A stretch of DNA of 64,000 nucleotides. Origin: Camelus ferus. Lineage: Eukaryota. Under the pieces are notes generated by a model. The model ran no database searches, had not been told where the DNA came from, and saw nothing but the letters and a program-made list of their open reading frames with translations. Positions 1-14,299 of the stretch are shown here, in pieces. Where the stretch lies: NCBI RefSeq assembly GCF_009834535.1, contig NC_045697.1, positions 19,904,001 to 19,968,000 on the forward strand, given 5' to 3'. Both the position numbers and the translations under genes were made by a program. The number at the start of each line of letters is the position of its first letter. Within the stretch, counting starts at the first letter, position 1.

Positions 1-507
1 TATCTCTCAACTTCGAATAAGAACTTGATTTACTTTCTCCCTCAGGATATTTTTAAAAATAATTAAATGACAGGATATAAAAACATGTATTTCTTTTTTC
101 TATTTAGATAAGTTCTTACATATTCAGACATAGAGGCATATCTCATTTTGCTGAACAGATATGTTTCTGAATAGTTGCCTATAAATCGAATTTCTATGTA
201 TTAAAATTGATTTCCTTATTGGCTTTTATTATAAGATAAGATATGCCTGGAGATATACTCCTTTAGGGAATTAAAAATAAACTGGTCCTAAAATGCAAAT
301 GACTGACGTCCAGAACTGCTGCAAAAATACTAAGACTCAGACATTTAAAGAAACGATGTCACTTTTTAATTTTAATTTTATTTAAAATAATAACCCAAAG
401 AATAATTTTACTTATGGCATGATTTCTGGTATTCCATATCTTAAAAGGTGGAGGGTTAAAAATAAGATAAGCTACCTTGAAAAAAAGATGAAATAAAAAA
501 TCCCTTT

Positions 508-648
508 GGGAGGAGGATGTTTAGCTCAAGTGGTGGAGCACATGCTTAACATGCATGAGGTCCTGGGTTCAGTCCCCAGTACCTCCTCCAAAAATAAACA
601 AATCAACCTCATTACCTCCCCACCAAAAAGCAAAAACAAATTAAGAAA
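508..648 (+). mobile_element. tRNA-derived SINE, camelid Vic-1-like
   Basis: tRNA-like head (TAGCTCAAGTGG A-box, GGGTTCAGTCCCC B-box), body AAACCTCATTACCTCCCC, A-rich tail. Near-perfect TSD AAAAAATCCCTT (495-506) / AAAAAATTCCTT (649-660). Homologous to the copies at 4167 and 29148. Confidence 0.9.
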
Positions 649-2639
649 AAAAAATTCCTTCCATCTTTTGCCAGCCTTTCTCTTCTTTGTTCTGTAATCA
701 GAAAAGAAAATGCAACCAATTTGATTCCAAAGACTCCATACAAACTGGGAAAGCACGTTGAGCTGGAATAGTTGGAGACTCAGAAAGAACCTGTCCTAAA
801 TGCAGCCGTAAGTGAACAACAGAGGCACGTTCAGGATGATGTGTAATTACTGTCAAATGAAGTATGACAGTTCATGTCTTGGCGTGAGTGAGGAGCCCAC
901 GACGCAAGTGCTGATCTCTGCAACAAGTTCCTAATTCTCGGTAAATCAAAGGGCTTCCTTCACTGGGCTTCAATCGCTTGTCACTGAGGATAAGAGTCTG
1001 AGGGTAAGGGAAGGAAAACAGGTAGAGGAGGAGGAAGGGGTAACATCTGTATGAAAAACAAACTAGAGACTTTACAAATTCTACTTTCACATAACTCTCA
1101 CCGCACACCTGCTAGGGAGTTACCGTTTTTCAATTTATTGTTGTGAAAACCAAAGCCATTTAGAAAAGACCAAATAAGCCAGCATATAAATTCAGTGCCA
1201 TTAGACTGCATATTCTTACTCTTTCCAAATATCTTTCTGAATGTGTCTAATGTGTCTATGATCACAAAGCTGGATTGTTGAAACATGTCACTGGTGTGCA
1301 ATCCTGTGTTGTGTACAGCATTCCAAAGTGATAGGCAAAGACCAAAGAGAAATCAGCCTGTCCTCGCTTGAAAGATTGTTTTGGCTTCTGATCTCGTATC
1401 ATGATTGATACGTTAACTTAGTATATAGGCTTTATTTCTGTCACCTAAAAATGGAATCCTCGAGGAATTAAACTATATGGCACAGGTCTGTGGAAAGAGC
1501 AAAGCAACCCAGAACAACAAAACCAAACATCCAACTCAATATTCCTACTGAGAAAACTGCTTCTTTCTGTACTAAACCTTGGTACCTCGGAGGATATTTC
1601 TTACTTTGCCTTCTATTTCTGTCTTCCTTTGGGGGGAAAAACATACACTGGCATTTTACATTTTAGGAATCTTGAGAAATAATTAGACATCATTTGAGAC
1701 TCTGCTCATTCTCACAATATACTTATTAGAAATGGGAAGTGTGAGATTTAAATTTTATATTACTTCCAGAATAAATATTTTATTCAGTAGCAATAATGCA
1801 GAATCATGTAACTTCAAAATAGCATAATTAGTTGGGGCACCTTAGTAATAAAACCAAAAATGTGTATGTTCCAAGAATAAACAGTTACATTGGCTAAAAT
1901 ATCAGAGAGAACACGTCACCCTGTATTTTTTGATAGCCTAACATGACGGGGAATCCAGAAGTCCCTTGGGATCAAAACAGCTAATATTCTGAGTAATTAA
2001 GAAAGTAATAAAAATGCATCCCTGAACTGGCATGGAATTCAGAATCCAAGAAAAGGTGAAAGTAGACATTTTATGAGATAGCTCGTGCCAAAACAACTTT
2101 ACCCACAGAAAATTTCTGCCAAATCTTGAGTCAAAGAAAGTATGCCCTGGATTTAGGATTTGTAGATAAGAGACAAAATCTTTAGATGCAGGCAGTGTGA
2201 AGCATTTCATAGAAAATTCAGAGGCTCCAGCTACAGTGTAAAGGGTTATAAAGAGAGAAATCCTGCTGGGAAGAGTGCGACAGTCAGAGATGTTCCTGTC
2301 TCAGAGTTGGCACTAGAGGAGGAGAAAAATTTATGTGTTTCCACTGAGAATTCATAACCATGGGCATCCCTTGCTTTTGCAGTGAAATTCAAACTTCTCC
2401 TATTTTTAAGAAACCCCTTTAAAAAGGATATTTTAACTTAAAGCAATGCCAAGGTGGTGAAGCCCACAAGTTACTCGCAGAAGCCAACACACATTTCTCT
2501 GAAAAAAATCATTTTAAATAATGTTTCTGTACTTTCTTATGTTTTTGGATTAATCAGATACTTGTTTTAGACCATTTCTTCTCTATTAGCTGATTTGTTG
2601 TTAACTTTCTCTTCTTTCAACAATTACACTGGAGCTTTG

Positions 2640-2810
2640 CCATGCGATATGTTAATCACTAGCTACACAGGTCTGATTAAAATAAATTTGTTAAAGTTAA
2701 AAAAAAATTGGCACACAGGCCACATTTCACGTGCTCACTGTGGCTAGCCAACAGCACGGAACCGGGCAGGTATACAACATCTGCATCATCACAAAAGTAA
2801 CACCCTAGAC
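2640..2810. mobile_element. hAT-Charlie MITE fragment, MER3/MER33-like
   Basis: GCCACATTTCACGTGCTCAC..TGTGGCTAG..ACATCTGCATCATCACAAAAGT resembles the recalled MER3 consensus. Confidence 0.5.
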
Positions 2811-3239
2811 ACAACTCATTGTCATATTACAGATGATTTCTCTTTGCATTCCTCTAATCAAGACATAATTAGAGATGTTTAACTCCAGTCATATTTTCTA
2901 TATTTTGCATTATTTTCATGCTTTTAAAACTCTACATATCCTTAAACTGCAAATGTCAGTACTTACATTTTGTATGGTAAATATTCATATTTATTTACTC
3001 TTTCTCAAACCCTTCTTTCCCTCCTCTATTTCTTTGGTGATATCCAGGATCATTTTCCTTCTGCCTTTGATTTTCTTTAAGGATAGGCCTGTTGGTGGTG
3101 AGTAATCTGTTCCTGTTTGCCATCATCACTGAATGATCTATTAGCTGGGGATAGAAAATAAACTTTCCAAGGTGAACACCAAACAAAGTAAACTGGAGGG
3201 GCTGCATTAATATAGGAAAAAAGACGTTAAACAATTATA

Positions 3240-3700
3240 AGTGAAGATAAAATATAACCTAGGACCTACCATTCCATTACTAAGTATATAAAACATTTCC
3301 TATAAGCATTATTCATAACAGCACAAATATGTAAAAAATACTAATGCTTATCCATTAGATACTGGAATAAAAACTCTGAGGTTTATTTATATTAATGGAG
3401 TATATACTATACTTTATTGAAATTCGATCAGCTATAGCCAACACATCAAGCTGTGTGCATTAAAGCATATTTAATATAATTAAGAAGAAAAGGCAAATAG
3501 AGAAGAATACACACAGTGAGATTCCACTTATATAAATTTTATGATAAGCAATAATATATATTTTAGAAGGTGATACAATCAGGAGAGTGAGCTGTTCTGG
3601 AGAGCCATCCACAATACTGGGAAAATCTTATTTTATTATTTGAGTGGCATTCCTATTCAGTGTCCACTTTATTACTAATGTGATTTTCTGTATACATAAT
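3240..3700 (+). mobile_element. old L1 (L1ME-like) 3' region
   Basis: Degenerate L1 3' motifs: CATTCCATTACTAAGTATATA, TTATTCATAACAGC, AAGAATACACACAGTGAGATTCCACTTATATAAA. Confidence 0.55.
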
Positions 3701-4166
3701 TTTTCTGTATATTCATTTTAAGATGTATTTCCTGATTAAAATACACAGATATATCAATTCATATGTTTTCTGCCGTCTCTTTAAAGGGCAGGCAAGAATG
3801 TTGCCTTCCCATCTAATTAGATAATCTGGAAATTTCTCTGAATAGTACCTCAGTGCATTGTTTTCTGGTTTGGATCATTCCCCCTTATGGCATTTGCTTC
3901 TCAACAGGAGCTGAGAGTGGGGTCCTGTATAGTGATTGTGTCCAGTAAATGCTGCTTTGGAAATTAGATCCATAGTTCTGATTTCTAGAGTCAGACTTGC
4001 GGGTGAAATTGTCTCCAGGGTTTGAGGCTTCAGTAGATGCTCATGTTGTATCTTTTTCTCTTATTATGGACCTTTTTCTTTTTAATTGATAACTAGTAAT
4101 CATCTCCATTTCAAATTTTCCACAAAATGTTATTTAACCTCATAAGAACATACACTGGAAACTTTT

Positions 4167-4339
4167 TTTTGGCTTAAAAAAATATTTATTTACTTATTTT
4201 ACATTGTTTTTTATGGGGTAGGTAATTAGGTTTATTTTTATTTATTTACTTTTTTTTTTTTTTAATGGTGGTACTGAGGACCGAACCCAGGACCTTGTGC
4301 ATGGTAAGCATGCCCTCTACCACGAGCTATAGCCTCCCC
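4167..4339 (-). mobile_element. tRNA-derived SINE, camelid Vic-1-like
   Basis: Reverse complement begins GGGGAGGCTATAGCTCGTGGTAGAG..CCTGGGTTCGGTCCTCAGTACC. T-rich tail on the left. TSD TACACTGGAAACTTTT (4151-4166) / TACACTGCAAACTTTT (4342-4357). Confidence 0.9.
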
Positions 4340-4739
4340 ACTACACTGCAAACTTTTATAGGCTTTCTTTTAGAAAAAAAAAATTCTCAAAATACTGCTT
4401 TGACATCTTTGGTCTCTACGTATGATTAAGTCTTCCCATGTTGTGTACAGTTATATATAGTTTCATTCAAAATTAGTGTAACAACTCAAGAGGAGAACTA
4501 TAGGATAAACATACTACATGAGTTTAATACTAATTAGCTGCAAAAAATATCAAGATTCCAAAGACCATTTTTATATGACAGACAACATTCATTTTCTGTC
4601 CAGAAGTTAAGCCTGAGATCCAGAGCCTTGTCTGCCTGATTCATTGTCATAGTCATGGCATATACAAGTCATACGTAGGTGATATCTAAATCCATATCTG
4701 TATCTATGGCTTTATCTGTCAATAGAGATCTTATCCATT

Positions 4740-5290
4740 TATTAATGTCGTTTTGTAATGCATTCAAGCGTTTTAAAATCCAAACAGTAGAAGAAAAACC
4801 CATAGAAAAATCTTGTTCTTTTGCTGGTTTTATTCATCCCCAGTAGTTCTTTTTTTAAATTTTCTTTTCTTCCTTTTAACATGGACAATATGGCCTAGAA
4901 ATATATTTATATCTGTAGAACAGATTATCCCAGCCCCACTTTTTTCATTGTAACCACTACTCCAATGAGCAGTATTATGCACACAGTATTTTGTATATTT
5001 GCAAGAAGAGCAATTAGAGAGAGTCCCAGAAATGGAATTGGTGGATCAAAAGTAAATTTCTTTACCATCTGAATAGATACTAGATTGCCCTCCCTGGAAG
5101 TTACTACGTTTTTGCACTCCCAGAAGCAGTGTGCAAGAGAACCTGTTTTCCAACAGCCTCAGTAACAGAATCCTGTAGGGAATTTTAGATTTTGGCTCAT
5201 CTGAGTTCATAAAGTCTATCTCAAAGCACTTTGAACTTACATGTCTCTTCTTATGAGTGATGCTAAACATTTTGTATGTTTGTAACAATT
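4740..5290 (-). mobile_element. old L1 (L1ME-like) fragment
   Basis: CCCAGAAATGGAATTGGTGGATCAAAAG, TTGCACTCCCAGAAGCAGTGTGCAAGAGAACCTGTTTTCC are typical antisense L1 3' motifs. Confidence 0.6.
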
Positions 5291-7689
5291 GTAGTTCGAA
5301 CTTACTTCAGTGTATTGTTATTGGAATCTTTGAACCTGGACATGGAAGTGTAGGTGTGGCCGTTGGACAGTAAAAAGATTGAACTGGCCTATTCATTGCT
5401 TGCAATGTGGCATTGTTCCAAGGATAGGATTTGCATCTGTACGTTTGGGAAATGATTTATACTCTTTGTACATCATGGCACCAATGGCAGAATAAAATGA
5501 GAAAATAAATACATAATCACGTTGAAGGTAAGGATAATGCTTCATATGAGTATTTTGATCAGGCTGAGCTGGGGACTAATGTGCGAGTATGTATCCAATA
5601 TACTTTATAACATTTTAGAAATATTAGCTAAATTAGCTCTAACTGGACACTGTTAGGGACAGAATTGTTCTAGGCATTTTTATGACATATTCTTCAGGCC
5701 TCACCCCTGACAGGAAAGATCATTTTCAGTGCATATTTAATGTGAGTCAAATCTTCTTGGTCAAAAAATAGAGTTTTTATGAAGCATAATACTTTCTTTG
5801 ATGAACAAACTTTTCACCTACAGCATGTGTCATAAAGCTGAAGAGTTTCTTCATAGTACAAAGCAGCCAACACATTAAGGAAATAGAATCAAACATAGGG
5901 AACATCAAATATTAGCTTTATGAAAAAAAATAATATATAGGAAGAAATAAAGCTGTATTAGTTCCAAGGCAGAGCGAAATCCCACTGAACTTTATTTTTT
6001 ATTATTAATTATAAAGGCCAAATCCATTATTGGGTAATACAAATATCATTAAAACTATGTAACAGAAACTCATAATTTCTGCCTTTAAATATACCTATGT
6101 TAATATGGCCTTTTCTCTAAGCTTTTCATTTTTCTTCCCCAAACCACAATACAGTTAAAACTTTTTCTTTCACATTTTAGAGTTACTCAAATCCATAACT
6201 TTCTGTCATAATGAATACTTTAATTTTGAGTAAATTTAATTTTGAGTATAATAAAAATATTGGTCTTCTAATTCAAACACAGGGCACACATTCAACTGTA
6301 TTTCCAGCCATTCTCCTCTTCCAGAGCATAGTTCTTACCACAGGTCTCACTTCAGTTATTTCTGTCCTAGAGAGAGCAGAGACATTCCACCTGGTTGACC
6401 CGAACCCAGGCCACACGCAATAGCACGGTCCCCATAGGGAGCGTTTACCCCATATCTCATCCTACTTCTCGTATGAATTTGAGAGCTATGTTGAGATGGT
6501 TTTACAAATAGTTAAAACTCAAAGCAGAGAGATTATTTTTAGTCTAAAAGCATAGTTGTGGGGTGAAGTATAATGCTAGATTATTACATTAGATGCTGTA
6601 ATTAATTTTAAATTAACCTTAGGCATTGAGAAGTAGATCCCTAGATTAGTTGATATGCAAAAGCATTTCCTTCATCTTCATTGTAGTCCCTGATAATACA
6701 AATAAGGCATTCTTTCCTGGTGGTGTACAGTAGAAGACCTCTCATTCTACTCTGTCTGGACTTGTAACTAGTTAGTCAAATAGTAACTAAATACAAGAAT
6801 CATAAATAATTAACATGTATGTACCATAAGCATTTTTACCTGAAACATACTGAAATAAAATGAAATCAGTCTTAACTGAAAAAAATAGACATGAATATTA
6901 GATATTTTAACTTGAAACATATCGTAGTGTGCAGAATCTGTCTTAATGATTTCATAATTTACTCACCAATGTTCTAAGTCCCTTTTCTAAACTGTGATGA
7001 TGTCCTCAGGATGTTGAATCCTCCTGGCTAAGTGGGATACTCTTGACTGTGCTCGTGTTTCCACCAGACAAGTTAAATATTTAGTGAGTCCTTTGTGTTT
7101 GTTTTCATATCTACTTTTGAGCACTTGAATTTAATATTGCAATTAGGTAATAAAACTAACTCGGGGCTGCCAAGTTGCAAGACTCCAGAGAGATGATCAC
7201 ATCGTAATGTAGTCCTGAATACTGATAAAATATGAGAGGAGCAGAGATAATATACTTTGAAAACACCCGATAAAGTCAGGTAGCTCAAGAAATATTGCCA
7301 AATTAAGTATGGGTGAAACAATTATAAAAGTTCAGAAACTACTTAGAAGGTCGTACTATCTTTTACCTTGAAAGAAACCGAAACTCAAATTCTAATCCAT
7401 TATGAAAGAGTTTTCTAATAGATTTAACCCCGAACTGGTGATGTGATACATGCTTTTACTCTTTCTTTGTAAAGCAAATGGCAGGTGGAATAATTTTAGA
7501 TGTAAAGGGGCATTATTTCTTTAAGTGACTCTCAAAATTTTCACGACATTTGTGTGGCTGTGCACGTGTGAATGTGAGGAGAGAGAGAGAATGATGGAGT
7601 AATTGGGGCAAAATGTAAAACAGTGTGTTCATGCCATGTACTCTACCTAGACATCTTATTCTCTTTGCACTGCTAATTCCTGTGCAAAG

Positions 7690-8447
7690 TTAGACTCTGT
7701 GGTCCCCGATCTAGGTGAGTACCCCGTTAGATATTCTCACAGAACCCTGTATTTCACCTTTGCGACTTTCAGAATTGTTAAGTACAGATGGTCCCTAACT
7801 TATGATGGTTCCCTTATTATTTGTTGACTTTATGGTGATTCAAAAGCAATATACAATTGGGAGAAACCATACATCAAATTTTGATTTCCTCCTGGGCTAG
7901 TGAGTGTGGTACCTACTCTCCTAGTGGGCGGAGGTAGTGAGCCTCAGCTCCCAGTCAGCCAGGCAATCAGGATGGGTAACAACTGATACCCTTAGCACCA
8001 TTCTATATGCAGACAACCATTTTGTTTTTCACTTTCAGTATAGTATGCAATAAATTATATGAGATATTCAACACTTTACTCTAAAATAGACTTTGTGTTA
8101 GATGATTTTCCCCAGCTGTAGGCTAGTAGAAATGTTCTGAACATGTTTAAGGTAAGCTAGGCTAAAGCTATGATGTTTACTAGGTTGGGTGTATTAAATG
8201 CATTTTAGGCTTAAGGTACTTTCAATTTATGATAGTTTTTTTTTAAGGCTAACCCATGGTAACTTGAGGAAGACCTGTGAATTAGTATTTTTACAACTGG
8301 TGATCTGTTATCTTTCTTTTTGCTGGATAGATGGTAAGCTCTATGAAAAGAGAGTTCATGGCTTTAAATTATGTCTTTACCCCTAACATCTAACATGTTG
8401 CCAAAGCATGGTAAGCCCTTAAAAACTTGGATTAGATAAATGAATGA
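7690..8447 (+). mobile_element. L2 3' end, interrupted by a Tigger element
   Basis: TAGATGGTAAGCTCTATGAAAAGAGAG and a terminal ATAAATGAATGAA tail. The 5' piece at 7690-7782 continues after 8280. Confidence 0.55.
7785..8277 (-). mobile_element. TcMar-Tigger non-autonomous element, MER47/Tigger5-like
   Basis: Ends CAGATGGTCCCTAACTTATGATGG ... CCATGGTAACTTGAGGAAGACCTG form imperfect TIRs, flanked by TA/TG. Internal TTTAAGGTAAGCTAGGCTAAAGCTATGATG is a MER47 hallmark. Confidence 0.85.
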
Positions 8448-9769
8448 AGATGGCCAATAGCTCTTTTCTCATTCTTAGTAAAATGTCAGGCTCAGGAATT
8501 TGGTAAGATAGAGGCTAAAATATCTTCTTCATCCTCTGTATTCCTCCAACTCAGAGCATATATGCCCCTGCTGCTCTCCATTAGACATTCAAAAAGTGTT
8601 GTTAACAAAAAGCAAAATGGATGGCTAATCCATTTTTTTGGGATTGCACTGTGAGCAAATGCACATGGTTAAGAATAAGCACACCTTTTATCTAGGGCAG
8701 GCTTGTTGGACAGCAGAGCTGGATTTGAGGGTTTTATTCACGGAGGGTAGGTAGAGTGGAGCCAGGTCTCGTTGATGAAGGGATGGGGCTGGCTGAGAAG
8801 AAGGCAAAACAGACTGTCTTGCTGTGATACAAGACAGAAGTTGAAAATTGTTTGACTGTATAACTAATTTATTTGGGTTGCTTAGTGAAAATAGATTTGT
8901 TGTCAATATTAAATAGTCAAGAAGGTTAACGTAAAAATCACTTTCTTTGTCTTTTCTTAAAAAACTAATCTAAAATATTGAATTTATGTTTGTGCTCGGT
9001 AACCATTAGTAGAACTAAGGAGCTGCCACACACTTTTTAAACACATCTGCTCTCCAGTTTGCCAGGTTCCCAACCCTGCTGCCTTAAATCCTTTTACTTG
9101 TCTGGCCTATGTTGACATTTGAATTTGTCAGTCTTACTGTGTAGGAATCTTAAAGAGCCATGATAATAGGAATATTTTGTAAGGTTAAATTTAGGCTGAT
9201 CAACTTAGTGTGTCACTGTTACAGATTTTGGAATTATTCTACATTTTTATGCTACTTATATTTACATTTTAAAGCATCCTTTTTATTTACTGATCATTGA
9301 GTATTATTAAAAATAGCTCCTTTATTTTTTATTTACTCATATATTTATTTATTTGTGTTTGATTCTGTATGTAGGCTTTATATCTGCCTTCAATTTGAAA
9401 CCTACATAAATATATACATTTAATCCTGGTACAGTATTCTGTGATTTAGTATGTTTACATTTATTAGCCTTGCTAAAATGAACTATCGATTATAGAGCAT
9501 TACTGCAGTTCATTTTGTGGTGTTTGGGGGACTCAGGGAAATTTTATTCCACCTTGAGGAATGATGTAATTAAAACTTGGTTGCTGACTGCATTATTAAA
9601 CAAATCATTGTCTCTTTGGGAAGCAGAATTCTGGAACTTTATCAGAAACATATCTATAGGGAAATAGACATTTGAACATTTAAGTAACAATCTTTGATCT
9701 TAATTTTATTAATAATTCCTTACAATTTGATCAAAGTTAATATCTTTCAAAGTGTTTTCAGGCTTATGA

Positions 9770-9930
9770 TAACATTTGATCATTTCAACAATTTGGGTAT
9801 GTTAGAAAAAATTACTACTATCGTCAGTTCACAGGCAGAGGAAGAAACCCAGCAGAATTAAACAGTATGTTTCAGGATCAAGATAATATGTTTATGGAGT
9901 CAATAATAGAATCCAGTTATGTCTAATATC
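9770..9930 (-). mobile_element. MIR fragment
   Basis: Degenerate MIR core: TCACAGGCAGAGGAAGAAACCCAGCAGAATTAAACAGTATGTTTCAGGATCA. Confidence 0.4.
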
Positions 9931-10454
9931 CTTTTCAACCAGGATGGATTGTTTCTATTTATATGGAGTCAAGCTTTAAAATGTCCAGTGAGAATTATGT
10001 ATAAGCCACATCTCAAAACATTATAAATTTGATAAAACAAGGTACTTGAGAATTAAGAAAACATTAGTGGGAGAAAAATACATGTGATATATATTGGAAT
10101 GTTTTGATTATCCTAAGTGAATAATATATTTAGTTTTGAGATTCCCAACAATCAAGATAAAAAGAAGAAAAATGTAGGTTATATATTTCTTATTTTCATT
10201 TAAAGGGAAGAATATGATATCACCCAGAGAGGCAATGATTTCTTCATGGAAATTGAACACTAAATGGAATTAATGTATGAATGGTCTGTATGCGCTATAA
10301 TCTATTTATAAATTGCATAATTTCAGACAAAATATAACTTGTATAAACAAAACAGATATATTTGTGTTTTTACAAAATAGAAACATTCCAACATGTTTAA
10401 AATGCTATTGTAATGTCCTATTTTTTAGCATCAAATGGAATTATACGGCAGTTT

Positions 10455-11135
10455 CTAATAGTAATGGTAACATTTATTGACTGCTTTCTAGTACATTGCT
10501 CAGAGTACTTGACATGCACTAAATCATTTAATCGTCACTGCAGTCTGTGGTATAGGTATTATAGTTCATATTTTATGGAAGGAGAAACTAAAGTGCAAAT
10601 GTTAAATAACTTTCCCAAGGTCACAGAAGTAGTGTGCTAGTTAGTTGTATACAGTGCAGTGTAGCAGACAGCTCAGATGTATCAGTGATTTACACCCACG
10701 ATGATTGCATGATGGCTTTGTAGGTTGGCTACAGCCAAAAATCAACTGATTTTTGCTGGACTAACCTTAGCCAGCTGGACTCTAGCTTTAGATTTGCTTC
10801 AGATCTGCTCTACATGTTTCTCATTTGGGGACCCAGTCAAAAGGGGCACTGGTTCCAGTATGCTGCTCTGATGGAGGGCTGATCTCCTTAAGAGTGATGG
10901 TACCAATCAGCCATGCCTCTAAAAGCTTTTGTTCATAACTGCCTTATGCATTCCATGAACAAAATGAGCCATCTACCCAAGCTCAGTGTCCAAGGGACAA
11001 GTTTGTATGAACTCCTAAAATAAGACTATGGAAGATGGTGAGGACAAAGTGAATTTTAACCAATACGGCAGAGCAAGTCTACAAATCTATATAACCTGAT
11101 TTTATAGCCAGTACACATTCCACTCCATTCTGTTG
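10455..11135 (-). mobile_element. MIR split by an MLT1 LTR (pieces ~10455-10632 and ~11067-11135)
   Basis: Core TTTTATGGAAGGAGAAACTAAAGTGCAAATGTTAAATAACTTTCCCAAGGTCACAGAAGTAGT, resuming as GGCAGAGC..ACCTGATTTTATAGCC. Confidence 0.65.
10633..11066 (-). mobile_element. ERVL-MaLR solo LTR (old MLT1)
   Basis: TTCAGATCTGCTCTACATGTTTCTCATTTGGGGACCCAG and CATTCCATGAACAAAATGAGCCATCTACCCAAGCTCAGTGTC resemble antisense MLT1. Confidence 0.6.
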
Positions 11136-11952
11136 TTTTTCTGTTATATTCTACTAATATGAATAGATTTACTTATATTTAACTATCCCTACATTTATGA
11201 ATTAAACACCAAATAATAATTTATATTTTACTTTTATACTTTAAATATATTGCTGAATTCTATACTAATACTTTCCTACTTCCATATTTATATTCAAAAG
11301 GGAGATTGGCCTATGGTTTTGTTTCTCTGTTTAAAGTTAGCTTCTAGCATCATCAGAGTCATGTTTGCTGTGTAAAATAAATTAGATGGCTCCACATCAT
11401 TTTATACTATTCTAGGAGAAAAACAAAAATAATATGTTTGCATGAGAGAAAAAAAATACACGTGAAAGTGTTATGTGAACTGTGCTTGGCAATAACCGTT
11501 AAAAATAACATTTAATGTGTAAGCATTCTTAGATTATATAATATATGGAATACACTCATTGTTTTTTCCTTTCCAAATTAAATAATCCTTCTATTTTAGT
11601 TATCTTACTTGTTCAGTTAATTTATAACCTTATTTTAATGATCCTTTTCGTGTGCTAATCCCTGATCATTTCTCTTAAGATGTCTATAATTATCTTTTAG
11701 TTGTCTTCCTTTTATGTCTATAAAACTGTAAAGTTGAACAATTAAAAATTGAGCGTCATTATACCCAATGTATACACTTATTTTTAACTTCAGCATTTTT
11801 GTATTATTGAATACATAATATCAAATATAAATACAGCCTTGTCAAATATGAATACATAAACCACAGTTGATCATAACTAGAATTGAAAAAAACATTAAGG
11901 AGAAAATAATCAGATTCACCCAACTATTTTTACTTTTTTAAAAAAGGTGGAA

Positions 11953-12130
11953 TTGGTGTGCTGGAGCTGGGGCATACCAACTCAGGAGAGACTCTTCATA
12001 CATATCTTCCTAACGCTGTAATTAGTAACATCATGTTGGTAGCTTGAAACTGGACATGGTGGGAGTTTTACATCATGAAAATGGCGAACACTATAAGTTA
12101 ATGGACCTCCTGGCCCTCTTTGAGCTACAG
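11953..12130. mobile_element. hAT-Blackjack element, MER63-like
   Basis: GGTGTGCTGGAGCTGG..CATGTTGGTAGCTTGAAACTGGACATGGTGGGAGTTTTACATCATGAAAATGGC matches the recalled MER63 consensus. Confidence 0.7.
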
Positions 12131-14299
12131 CTCTCTGTGTCTGCATGTATATTTATGTATCTTTTGAGTTGTGTAGTATTTTCCTACCTCTGTATGTTGT
12201 TACCAAATTAGATTATATAATCTTTTAAAGGAGCTCTATTTTGATTGGCTTGGAGATAAATAAGTGCTTCTATTTATTGAATATTACTAAAATTCCCCCA
12301 AATTCTGAGAATTAAATCGCTAATACTTTCAATGTGAAAAAAAAAGTTTTCCTTTGGAAACTAACTCAAATTATTAAGAATTCAGCTTCACATAATTTAG
12401 GGAATTCTTTGGCTAACAGGACTTTTTTAGTGTTGTTGGTGTAATACAAACAGTTGTCTTCTGACTTATCAGTGCCTAGTGAAAAATAAGCATACTTTCA
12501 TTCCACTTAGGTTGTTTCTAAACTTATGGAGATTTACTCTTTTTTTTTTAATGTGAACTATATTTAAAAAAAAATTTTATTAAATTATATGGAGCTTTAC
12601 TCTTTGAATAAGCTAGCATTACATCTACTAGGTTTGAAAAATGTAAATTTATGCTTAACCAAATTAAAGCATTATTCTGCAAATTTCTTTCAATTATCAT
12701 ATTTTTTAGTGTGTCAGCTTGAAGATAGTTTCCAAAGTCTCTGGGTAATTTAAAATACTGAACTTAAGCTAATTTAAGTAAATTAGTGAATCTTCATTAG
12801 CTATATGGATCATTTCTAAGGAAGAGACAATACAGAAATATTAAGCAATAAGAATAATTTTAAGTTTATAGACTTTTGCCTTTTATTTTTATATCTTACA
12901 GAGAGAGATTTTATATACATTTGTGTCTATTAATGAATGTGCTAATTTTTGCCACCTTGAGAATTTGCACCATAACAAGGTATATGGCTGTGAGAAATTC
13001 TGAGATGTATATTCATAAGCTATGCTCATCTGCTACAAAATGCTGGTGTATGTTATGACACACAGTTCACAATCATTCATCTTTTAGTTTTCTCTATGAA
13101 GTAAAAGTTACTGTGATTAAAATTCATAGTTGATATATGTGAGGAGAGTGTCACAGGAGCAATGATAGAGTGGGATAACTGTGTGCAAAGTATGAAGGAT
13201 GCGTTAAGGAAAAAGAAAGTAGGATTACCCTAAAGTAAAACAACTCATTGTTCCAGAATGAGAAAGAAGAAAGTATGAGATAAAACCTGAATGCATGTAG
13301 ATAGTTGTAGAAAGTTTGGGGGGAAGGAATTTTATTTGTCTTTGCCAATACTGGCCATGGCTTGATGGGTTTAGCTTTAGTATCAAATATACTGATACAG
13401 AATTAAATTTAGTTTTCTCTCTGTTAAAATGCCAAAGTTTTCTTGGATATTTTTGGCCTCCTTTTAATGAAAGATAGTGAAACATTTTTCTTTGTCTTCT
13501 GAGTAATTTGCCTACAAGGTAAAGATTCTACATCTTAGAAGAATTTCAGATGAGAGAACAATGTCGTCTCACTTTTGAAAGAGTTAAATTTATTTACAAA
13601 CATGGTTCGTCCTACATTTGCTTTTAAAAACTATTTTACTGCCACTTTGGTTGAACAGGTAGCCAAGTAATTTTTCTCAGCAATCCGTGATTCTATTTAA
13701 TTAAGTGTTCAAACCTCCTTAAAACTTTTGTTATTTTGCCATCCCCAAATCAAATCATAAATGACGAGGTTTTTCCGGAAAATCACAAATGATTTGTTTT
13801 TACCTTATGAAAAGAGACACACTAAAATAATTAAGTTTCTTTGATGTATTACCATTGGTGAGTTGAATTGGAAGCACTATCAAATCAGAAAAAAAAAAAG
13901 TAGCCTTTCCTAAGTTAAAGTTGGTGCTATTTGTATAAATATTTCAGAAATGGTGTGAAGTTTTTAGTGAACTGTCACTGCCCTTGCTGCCAATGACATC
14001 TTTCTGTTTATGAGCCCTGATGATGCTTTGTGTGAAATTAGACAACAGTATAGTGTTATCCTAATTTCAGTTTCTTTTTTAATGTTAACTTGATTGCAAC
14101 TTTGTTTCTTTAATTTGAATCTAGCATATTCTAGGCCAGTTATTTTTGATTGGAGATTCATATCATTTGCATATAGAGTTTTATTAATATACAGATGTTT
14201 AGGACCTATTCCAGACTTACTAAATATTTTTACTTGATAATTTTGATATATACTTGGTGTATTCTAATGATGTGCTGGGTATATTCACATATTATGCCT

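Noticed and set aside
508..590. tRNA-like sequence (also at ~4265-4339 and ~29148-29220)
   Set aside because: These are SINE heads with body, A-rich tail and TSDs, not tRNA genes.
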